Position numbers and translations under genes: made by a program
The notes under the pieces: generated by a model
What the model saw: only the letters and a program-made list of their open reading frames with translations
Database searches by the model: none
What the model was told of the DNA's origin: nothing
NCBI RefSeq assembly: GCF_000142905.1
Contig: NW_013657679.1
Location: forward strand, 436,657-500,656
DNA: 64,000 nt
Source: Thecamonas trahens ATCC 50062
Taxonomy: Eukaryota; Protista; Apusomonadida
Direction: 5' to 3'
Shown: positions 50,167 to 60,053 of the stretch, piece by piece
Layout: each line of letters starts with the position of its first letter
Position numbering within the stretch: position 1 is the first letter of the stretch

Positions 50167-53100
50167 ATGTCAGGTATGTGATGGTGTCAGAAAGGGAGGG
50201 TGAGGGTAGCAGGGGAGGTGGGGAGGGGAGGCAGAGGGGGCTGGCCTCTGGCTGGAGACGACCCAAAATGTGGCTTCTGGGCAAGGCATGCTCACAAAGT
50301 ACGANNNNNNNNNNNNNNNNNNNNNNNNNNNNNNNNNNNNNNNNNNNNNNNNNNNNNNNNNNNNNNNNNNNNNNNNNNNNNNNNNNNNNNNNNNNNNNNN
50401 NNNNCCGACCGGCCCGCTCGGGGGGGGGGGGGCGATGACGGACGGCGGGTGTAGACGGACTGTTTGACGACATCTCGGACGATGGCCTGTTTGGAACGGC
50501 CAACCCGCAGAACCCGTTTCGCACTGCTGGCGGTGACAACCTCTTTGGCGATCCGTTGTTTGACGCTGGCGCACCAGGTGGGGACGCCAATGAGCCTGCG
50601 GGCCTCCGTGGGCTGAGCAACGAAGAGCTGTTCTCGTCGATCACGCCGGGTCGGACCAAGGCCCCGTCGATGGGCGGCCACGATCTTCTGGCCACAGTCT
50701 CGGCCACGGTCGGCGGCAAGTCGCAGCGGTCAAAGCGGCGCCGCAAGCGCAAGACGGACGCTCTGTTTGCGACGGCACCGGTGGCTGCCGCGGAGCCGGC
50801 CGCTGCTCCTGCTCCTGCTCCTGCTCCTGCTTCGACTCCTGCTCCTGAGCCCGAGCCCGAGCCCAAGCCTGAGCCCGAGCCCGAGCCCGAGCCCGAGCCG
50901 GCCGCCAAGACCGACGCCAAGGGCCTCACGCCGGCGCAGGCCCAGGTGAAGGAGCTTGTGAGGCGGCTAGTGACCCGCGGGACGCCAAGTGTTGCGTACG
51001 GCACGCTCAAGTCTGCGGCTGCTGACGAGGGCTTTGACAACGTGTTTGTCATTCTCAAGGCGCTCAAGAAGGCGCGTGTGGTCGACTACGCCGGCGGAAT
51101 GATCACCACCGACACGGCGCGCGTGTACTTTGTGCCGTACGGCGGACGGGTGCCCAAGACAAATGGCTCGGGGTCCGGCGCTTCCGGCGTGCCGAGCCCG
51201 GGTGCTCAGCACACCGGGTCGTATCTGCGGAGCCAGGCCACGAGTCAGCCCAAGGCGACGAGTGGCAGCAATGCAGCGACGCTGTCGGCGTCGACCAAGC
51301 GCGAGCTTGCGGCGCGCGAGGCGCAACAAGAGTCTGAGCGCGACGCGCGGCTGCGGGCAGCCGAGGCCGAGCGGGAGGCGCAGGCGGCCGAGCTGCAGCG
51401 GCGGGCGCAGGCACGGCGCGAGGTTAAGCGTCCGACGATGTTTTCGCGTGCGGCAGCGTGATGAGCGGGCGCGCTGCGAATGCGAGGCCGAGGCGGTCGA
51501 ACTTTTGGCGCGGGTTCTATTGGTTTTTCGTCTTTTATTTTCCAAGTTAGCTTAGTCCGAGGCGACCAAGGCGCGTGAGGCCGAAGCCGCGGCGGCGGCT
51601 GCCAAAGCGGCCAAGGCCAAGGCTGCGGCTGCCGCCGCCGCTGAAGAGGCTCGCGCTGCGGCGGTGGCCAAGGCCAAGGCCGATGCCAAGGCCCGCGAGG
51701 AGGCCGAGCGCAAGGTCGAGGCCGAGGCGCTCCGGGCCAAGCTCGCTTCGCCGGAGACGTCCGAGTACTCGGAGCGGTCGCGGACGCGGACGCGGACTCT
51801 ATCAACGACATCGCGGGGCGCCGCTGGACTCCCGACGTCTGCGCCTCAAGTCTCGTCGCCGCTGGTGTCGCCGGCACCGGCAAAGGCGTCGGAAGCGGCA
51901 GCGGCGGCCGAGGAGAAGCGGCTGCTGCAGGAGATGGCGCGGCAGCAGCAGGCCGAAGAGCAGGAGCTGCGGGTGGCACGCGAGGCGCGCCGGCTGCGCG
52001 AGGCTCAGGAGCGTGTGGAGATCGAAAAGGCGGCCGAGGCACGGCGCGCTGCCGAGGTGGCGGCGGCGCTGGCAGCAGCCAAGTCGAGCGGTGTGTCTGC
52101 TTCAAGCAGCTCGGGCGCAAGCACCGAGGCTGTGGCGGCGGCGTCGGCGTCCGAGGCCTCGGGTTGGGTCGAGCTCCAGACCGAGGACGGCTTTGTGTAC
52201 TACTACAACGAGGCGCTCGATCTGACGCAGCACACCAAGCCGGACGCACTCAAGACTGCAGCCGACTTTGCCCACACCGGCGAGTGGGTGTGGGTGGCTG
52301 TGGAGAAGGACGGATACGTTCCCGGCAAGGTGGTGACGCGGTCCTCGGCCGGCGTGGTGACGCATGTCGAGACCGAGGATGGGCACACGGTCAAGATTTC
52401 ACCCAAGGATCGGCAGCCGCTGTACCCGCTCAACAAGGCAGACCTCAACAAGGACTCGGACGACCTTGTGCAGATGAACGCCATCGACGAGGGTATCATT
52501 CTCCATGCGCTCTCGCGGCGGTTTGCGCGCGACGTCATCTACACCAACATCGGGAGCATTCTCATTGCGGTCAACCCATACAAGTGGGTCAAGCCGTCGC
52601 CGTACGGAGACGACGTCATGGCCAAGTACGCGGCCAAGGGCACCGGCCTTGCCCCGCCGCACATCTTTGACATTGCGGACGCGGCGTACCGCGAGATGTC
52701 GGACGCGCTGTCGACCGGCGTGCCGCCAAACCAGTCGATTCTCATTTCGGGCGAGTCGGGTGCCGGCAAGACCGAGGCGACCAAGCAGGCGCTCAAGTAC
52801 CTCGCGTTTGTGGCCGGCTCCGAGTCTGGGGTGGAGGCCAAGTTGCTGGTGGCCAACCCTGTGCTAGAGGCGTTTGGCAATGCTGCGACGCTACGGAACC
52901 ATAACTCGTCGCGGTTTGGCAAGTGGATGGAGGTGTTCTTCTCACCGTCGCGCGCCATTTCGGGCGCGCGGTTCAACAACTACCTGCTCGAAAAGTCGCG
53001 GGTGGTTCACCAGGACGCCGGCGAGCGCAACTACCACATCTTCTACCAGCTTGCCCGCGATCCGGTCTGGGGACCGCGGTTTGGCCTGGAGAGCCCGAGT

Positions 53101-56100
53101 CAGTACGTGTACACGCAGACGCACACCGACATCGAGTTTGGCTCGTGGTCGGACGCGAGCCAGTTTGCCGAGCTCCTCGAGGCGATGGAGACGCTCGGCT
53201 TTGCCACGGCGACGGTGGAGGGCATTCTGCAGACGGTGGCGGCGTGCCTCCACCTCGGCAACCTCACGTTTGCCGAGGGCGAGAGCGAGGACTCGTCACG
53301 GGTCACCTCCAAGCCGGTCCTCAAGCAGTGCGCGTCGTTGCTCGGGCTGTCGGGCGGGGCGCTCGAGGCAGCGCTGGTGAACAAGACCATGATCCTTCCC
53401 AACCAGTCGCAGGTGGTCATTCCGCTCTCGCCGTCTGCAGCGGCCGACAACCGCGACGCGCTGGTCAAGTCGCTCTACGCCTCGCTCTTTGACTTTCTGG
53501 TGGTGCAGATCAACGCGGCGATCGAGGTGCCCGGGGCCGCGGCGGCGTCGTGCGCCACCATCGGAGTTCTCGACATCTTTGGCTTTGAGATTTTCGAGAC
53601 CAACTCGTTTGAGCAGCTCTGCATCAACTTTGCAAACGAGAAGCTCCAGCAGCACTTTAACGCGCACACGTTCAAGCTCGAGCAAGAGCTGTACGAGTCC
53701 GAAGGCATCGCCTTTGACGAGGTCAAGTACATCGACAACCAGCCGGTGCTCGACCTGCTCGAGGCGCGGCGCGGCGGGGTGTTTGCCATTTTGGACGAGG
53801 AGCTGCTGCTCACGTCTGCGACGGACAAGCGGCTTGTGGAGAAGCTCCACGCGGCACACTCGGACTCGCCGCACTACGTCGTCTCGTACCTTGCGCCGTA
53901 CGCGTTTGGCATCAAGCACTACGCCGGCGAGGTCACGTACGACGTCACCGGCTTCCTTGAGAAGAACAAGGACACGCTCGAGCAGGACCTTCTGACGCTC
54001 GTCTCGGGCTCGGACAACACCTTCCTCCGCGGCCTCTTTGACGTCGAGGCCTCCAAGCACCGCAAAAAGTCTGTCGGCTACCAGTTCCGGTCGCAGCTTG
54101 GTGAGCTGATGGAGGAGCTCAACGCGACGACGCCGCACTATGTGCGGTGCATCAAGCCCAACTCGGTCAAGCGCCCGGGCAAGTGGGAGGGCCACGACGT
54201 GCTGCTTCAGCTCCGCTACGCCGGTGTGTTTGAGGCTGTTGCCATCCGGCAGTCGGGCTACCCGTTCCGCTGGACGCACGCGCAGTTTATTCAGCGCTAC
54301 GGGGTGTTCAACATGTGGCAAAAGGGCGCGTCGGCCAAGGCGACGTGCAAGGCGATCATGGCAGCGGTGGGCGTCGACCCCAAGCACATCCAGCTCGGGC
54401 GGACACGCGTGCTGTACCGCGCGCAGGCGCACCGGGTCCTGGAGATCGCGCGCTCGGTCATCCTGCAAAAGATGGCAATGCGGATCCAGCGGTGCTACCG
54501 CGGGCATCGGGCGCGCAAGATTGCGCGCGAGATGAGCAAGCTCCGCGACGTACTTGCCCGCGCCATTGCAGAGCGGTCGTTTGAGGCGCTCTCACAGGCG
54601 CTGGCCCAGGCCGACGCCTCGCCGTTCCAGCTGTACATTGCGACCGAGGCCCGTGGGGTGTTGGCCGAGTTGGCGGCCGAGGAGGAGGTCAAGGCGAGCA
54701 TGGCGAGCTTTGTGGGCAAAGACCCGGACGTGCACTACGAGGCCATTGTGGGTGTGCTCAACAAGGCTACCGAGCTCGGCCTGGCTGTTCCGGTCATGGC
54801 CACGCTCCGCGAGTCGATTGCGTCGATTGCCGAGCGCAAGGAGGCGGCGATCAACCTCCGCGACGGCACGACCGAGTACGACCGGGTCAAGCTCGAGGCC
54901 GGCATCGAGGCGGCACTCCGGCTCCAACTACCGCTCAAGGCCGAGATTGCGCAGGCGCGTGCGGTGCTCCGCGACGTCGGAACGGAAGAGGTGCTGGTGA
55001 GCCAGCTGGGGCCGGCGCTGCTTTCGGCGACGGAGGACCTGCTTCCTCTGGAGGACGCGCTCTCGCGCGCGGTCGACTTTGGGCTCAAGACGCCGCAAGG
55101 CATGCAGCTCCGGGCGCAGCTCGAGGCGGCGCTCCTCATCCGGCGCGCGATCCGCGACCAGGCATGGGAGTCGCTCAACGAGGCGCTCAACCGGGCCGAG
55201 AGCTCAGGCCTGACCAACGCCGACGTGTCGGGAGCACGTGCGGGACTCGCCAAGCGGGCGCGGATGGGCGCGGTGGCGGCACGGCTCAAGCACGCATGCC
55301 GCGCCAAGTGCGTTGAACGGATGGAGGCTGCGCTCGACGAGGCCAACGCGCTCGACATGCGCAACTCGGTGTGGTCGTCGTGGTCGCGTGAAGTTGAGGC
55401 CGCATCTGCGCGCCTCGAGGCGCACAAGCGCATGCTCAAGGCTCTGCGAATCACGCTCACGCCCGGACACGAGGACGACATTGCCGAACTTGGCCGAGTT
55501 GTGCGCGAGGCGGAGGAGTACGAGTTTGTGGAGGCCAAGGAAAAGGCACTACTCGCCGAGGCGCGGGTGGTGCTTTCCATCCGGTCTGCCCTGGCAACGG
55601 ACGACTTTGAGTCACTCGCAGAGGCTGTGGCGGACGGGCTTGACGCGCACAACACGTCGCATGAGGTGCAGCTTGCGGCGGAGGGTCTCGCGCTTCGCGA
55701 GAGGATGGCGGATGTTGCGCGCAGCCTGGAGGCTGCGGCCGACAAGGCGTGTGCCGACTCGATGGCGAGCGCGGTTGAAGAGGCGGTCCGGCTGGATATG
55801 AAGAGCTCGCGATGGTCGACGTGGGGCGGGCTGTTGGCGAGTGTGGAAGACAAGCTCGCGGAGCACGAGTCGCTGGTGCGTGCGCTGACGGCGGCGATGG
55901 CGCCAGGCACGTCGGCGTCGATTGCACCGCTGTCCGAGGCCATTGGCTCGTCACTGGCGTACGGGTTCAAGGTGGAGAAGGATGTGCGGCTGCTCCGGTC
56001 TGCGCAGGTCATCCTCACCATCCGGCAGGCGCTTGCGGGGACCGACTTCGCGACGCTGGCGAGCGCGGTGGAGAAGGCGCGGGCGCTGTTCTTCTCGCAT

Positions 56101-59100
56101 TCGGAGGTGGAGGCTGTGGCGGAGGGCCTTGCGCTGCGGGAGCGGATGAGCGGCGTTGCGGCGCGGCTGGAAGAGGGCATGCGGAGCCACTCTGCCGAGC
56201 TGATGGCGTCGTCCGAGGCTGCTGCAGTGGCGCTGGACATGGATACTTCGTATTGGTCGACGTGGGGCGAGGTGCTCAAGGCCGGGCGTGCGCAGCTTGC
56301 GAAGCACAACTCGCTGGTGGAGGCGCTCAAGGGCGCGCTCGCGCCAGGGACGGAGAAGCTGACGGGCCCGCTTGCCGAGGCGCTCGACGCAGCCGACGAG
56401 TACGGCTTTGTGACCGAGGCCGATGTGGCGCTGGCGACCAAGGCGCGGCTGACGCTGGCCATGCGCCGGGCGGTTGCAGCGCGGCTGTGGGAGCCACTGC
56501 GGGAGGCTGTGAGCAAGGCGGCGTCGTCGGGCTTCCAGTCGGGCGAGATTGCGACGTACGGGTCCGGCCTTGCGGAGCGGACCAAAATGTCAGCGGTAGC
56601 CGACGAGCTAGAGGCTGCGTCGGCGGCGCACGACGCGTCGCGGCTGGCACGCGCGCTCAAGAAGGCGCGGTCGCTGGAGATGGACACCTCGTTCTGGTCG
56701 TCGTGGGCTGACGAGGTCGAGGCTGCGGCCAGCCTCCTCGACAAGCACCGCAAGCTTGTGACCAAGCTCAAGTCCGTGATTGCGGTGGGGACTCGCGAGC
56801 TCATTGACCCGCTCGCAAACGCTATTGCTGAAGCCGAGGCCTTTGGCTTCAAGGTCGAGGGCGACCTCGCGCTGGTGCGCAAGGCGCAGGTTACGCTCGA
56901 CCTCCGGCGGGCGCTCTCGGTCAAGTCGTGGGAGGGCATCAAGGCGGCGGTGGAGGCCGCGGCACACCTTGGGTACCTCTCGTCCGAGGTGGATGCTGCG
57001 TCGCAGGGTCTCGCGCTGCGGAAAAAGATGGCGGAGACTGCAAAGGAGCTGAAGGAGGCGATGGCTGCGCACGACGCGGCGCTGCTCGACGAGGTCCTTT
57101 CCAAGGCGATGGAGCTCGACATGGGCGGCGAGTCGTTCTGGTCGTCGTGGGCCGAGGTTGTAATCGCTGGTGAGGCGCAGCTTCGGGAGCATACCAAGCT
57201 CAAGAACACGCTCAAGGCGTGCATGGGCCCGCGGACCCAGCTCCTCATCGAGCCGCTGGCCGAGGCGCTCAACGCGGTCATCGAGTTTGGGTTCTCAGTG
57301 GATGCCGACCTCGGGCTGCAGCGGCGGGCGCAGCTGACGCTCGATGCGCGCCGGGCCATGGCGGACCGCAACTTTGTGGCGCTGACCGGCGTGGTTGACC
57401 GCGCGTCTGCGTTTGGCGTTGTCTCACCCGAGCTTCAGGACTACGCGGCGGGCCTGCAGACGCGGAGCGCGATGGAGGGCGTGGCCAAGGCGGTGGCGCG
57501 GGCGGCCGATGCGCACGATGCGCGGGCGCTAGAGGCTGCGCTTGCGCATGCAGACGAGCTCGAGATGGAGACCTCGGTGTGGTCGACGTGGGAGGGTGAG
57601 CTGGGTGAGGCGCGCAAGCAGCTCGCCCACCACACCGGAATCATCTCGCGGATCTCGTCGTCGCTGCTCCCGGGCGCCGAAGACGACATCGAGGGCCTTT
57701 CGGGTGCGCTGGAGGCTGCGGCCGAGTTTGAAATGATGGTCGAGTCTGACGTGGAGCTTGTGGATCGGGCGACTGTTGTGCTTGCGCTCCGCAAGGCACT
57801 CGCGCACTACGATGTGTCTGCGGTGGAGCAGGCGATGGCGCGTGCGCGGTTCGTGGGCATCGACGAGGCCGAGTCCAACGAGCTGGCGAGTGCGATCAAG
57901 GCCGTGGCGCTTGTGGCGCAGCTGGAGGGCATGGCTGCGCAGATGCGCAAGTCGCTGGCGGTGCACGACGGGCCGGCGCTGGCGAGCCAGCTCGCAGAGG
58001 CGCGGCAGGCCGGGATGGACTCGTCGGGCTGGTCGCAGTGGGGCGAGCTTGTGGTCTCTGCCCAGGAAGTGGTGCGGCAGCACCGGCAGGTGACGATGGC
58101 GCTCCACGCGACGCTGGCGGCGGGTACGTCGCTTCAGATCGAGCCGCTTGCGCAGGCGCTGGAGAACGCACAAGCCTTTGGCCTGCACACAGCCGAGGAC
58201 GTGGCGCTGATGCAGGGCGCCGAGGTGACGCTTGCGCTCCGGCGCGGGCTGGCAAGCAACGACTGGACAGCGATCCGCGGAGCGCTCGACCAGGCGACGG
58301 TTGTCGGCTTTGAGTCGGAGGAGACGACCGAAGCTGCAAGTGGGATGGAGGAGCGAAGCCAGCTTAGTAAGGTGGCGGACGCGCTCAACGACGCGATCAA
58401 CCGCCGCGACGGAGCCAAGCTTCGGCGGCTGGTGGGTGAGGCCGAGGCGCTGGACATGGCGCGGTCGCGGTGGTCGACCTGGTCGGAGCTGTACACGTCT
58501 GCGCTCACGACGCTCACGACGTACGAGAGTCTGCGGTCGACGCTCGAGGCCGCGCTGGTGCCTTCGCAGGTCCCGCTGGGCAAGCTCGACGCGACGCTCG
58601 AGGCAGCGGCGGCTTTCCACTTTTACTCAGTCGACGACCTCGCGCTGGTCAAGGCTGCGCAGGTGCTGGCGGACTTGCGTCGGGCGATGCTCGAGGAGAA
58701 CTTTGAGGCGCTGGCGCGGGTGCTGGGCGCAGCATCAGAGGCCTCGCTTGACACGGATGAGATCGATGAGGCTGGTCTCACGCTCGACCTGTACCGCAAG
58801 CAGAGCGCAAGCGCCGACGACCTGGCTGCAGCGGTGGAGGACGTGTTCCTCCTCGAGCCGACGGCGGTCGATGAGCTGCAGCAGGCAGTTGACGCCGGTG
58901 CAGCGCTCAACATGGCGACCTCGCGTGTGGCGTCGTTTGCAGCCAAGTTTGGCGAGGCGCGGGCGCTGCTCGACAAGCTGCGCAACATCGAGACGCTCGT
59001 CGAGCAGGGCGTGGCCATGTGCGACGAGTCGCTCCTGCGGCGCGGAGTGGCCGAGGCCGACGCGCTCGGATGGGTCGCCGAGTCGGTCGAGGTCGCGCGG

Positions 59101-59250
59101 CTGCTCGTTGACGACGTGGTTGCGGTGGCCGAAGAGACCGAAGACGCGCTGCGCGACGGCTCGCGCGGCGCGCTCCTCCGGGCCAAGGACAAGGCCGACG
59201 TCATCGGGTTCGCGAGGTGCGCCGATGCGCTCGAGGCAGCGCTGTCGTGA
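50167..59250 (+). CDS. Giant unconventional myosin (~2889 aa): LF-acidic region, Costars-like, coiled coil, WW, SH3-like, motor, IQ, tandem-repeat tail. Proposed join 50167..50173, 50455..51422, 51556..59250
   Basis: Motor with GESGAGKT, NSSRFGK, LDIFGFE, YVRCIKPN (high confidence). Introns GTATGT...GTAG (phase 1) and GTTAAG...TTAG (phase 0) join the ORFs in frame (moderate confidence). Confidence 0.85.
55000..58950 (+). repeat. Eight full and one degenerate ~441-nt (147-aa) coding repeats in the myosin tail
   Basis: M..S.WS.W motif recurs near 55372, 55812, 56254, 56695, 57139, 57580, 58030 and 58471; degenerate copy near 58920. Confidence 0.9.
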
Positions 59251-59429
59251 GCAAAAGCAACAGAGTTTAGACAGAAAACAGTGTGGCGAGTGCGAGCGAG
59301 CGAGGGAGTGGGCGAGCAAGCGAGCGGGGGAGAGCGAGCGAGCACGCGAGCGCACGCCGCAGGCTGCGGGGCCGGGAGCCGAAGCGTCAAGCGTCGAGCA
59401 TCCGGGCGTCCGCTGCGAGCGCAGCCAGC

Positions 59430-59993
59430 TTACTTGCCGGTCTTCTTCTTCTTGGTACCCTGCTGCTGCTTGGCACGGACGTTCTTGTGGTTGGCCTTCT
59501 GCTTGTACGGCCCGTTGGCCACAAGGTTGAGGCTCTGCTTGACGACCTTCTTCTTGCCGCCGTTGGCAGCCTGGTTGTTGCCGTTGGCGGCCTCCTCTGC
59601 GGCCTTGGCGGCGGCCTTGCGGGCCCGCTTCTCGGCAAGGGCGGCAGCGTCGCGCTCCTTCTTGTTGAGGATGGCGTTGGGCGTGGAGACCGACGAGTCG
59701 CCCTTCTTCTTGTTGCCCTTGGCATGCTTTTCGCGGCGCTTGAGCGCGCGCTGGCGGTCCACTTCACGTTGGTTGCCACCTAAGGGGGGTTGAGAGGGGG
59801 GGGGGTGGAGAGGAGGTCGCGTGGGGCGAAGGGGGGGCGAGGGGGGGGGGGAAGGGGGGGGGGGGGGGGGGGGTAGGGGGAGGGAGGAAGGNNNNNNNNN
59901 NNNNNNNNNNNNNNNNNNNNNNNNNNNNNNNNNNNNNNNNNNNNNNNNNNNNNNNNNNNNNNNNNNNNNNNNNNNNNNNNNNNNNNNNNNNAT
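59430..59993 (-). CDS. SERF/4F5 (small EDRK-rich factor)-like protein. Exon 2 59430..59779; micro-exon 1 at the gap edge
   Basis: After a pyrimidine-rich TTAG acceptor the frame reads (R)GNQREVDRQRALKR, matching the SERF N-terminus M.RGNQRE..R. 'CCCAT' abuts the N-gap at 59993-59992. Confidence 0.7.
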   Translation of the reverse strand, partial: XXXXXXXXXXXXXXXXXXXXXXXXXXXXXXXXXXPSSLPLPPPPPPPSPPPSPPLRPTRPPLHPPPSQPPLGGNQREVDRQRALKRREKHAKGNKKKGDSSVSTPNAILNKKERDAAALAEKRARKAAAKAAEEAANGNNQAANGGKKKVVKQSLNLVANGPYKQKANHKNVRAKQQQGTKKKKTGK

Positions 59994-60053
59994 GGGAATG
60001 GATAGGGGTAAGGGGGTGTGAAGGGGGTGAAGGGGGTGAAGGGGGGGGGGGGG

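Noticed and set aside
50800-50900. Short tandem repeats (PA/PE here, SPL near 945-987, CAG-type near 30275-30312) as CRISPR or satellite
   Set aside because: In-frame low-complexity coding repeats with no spacers.
54735-57371. 878-aa minus-strand ORF and many other long overlapping ORFs
   Set aside because: Antisense or off-frame shadows of real genes, expected at high GC3; Ser/Ala/Arg-rich with no motifs.
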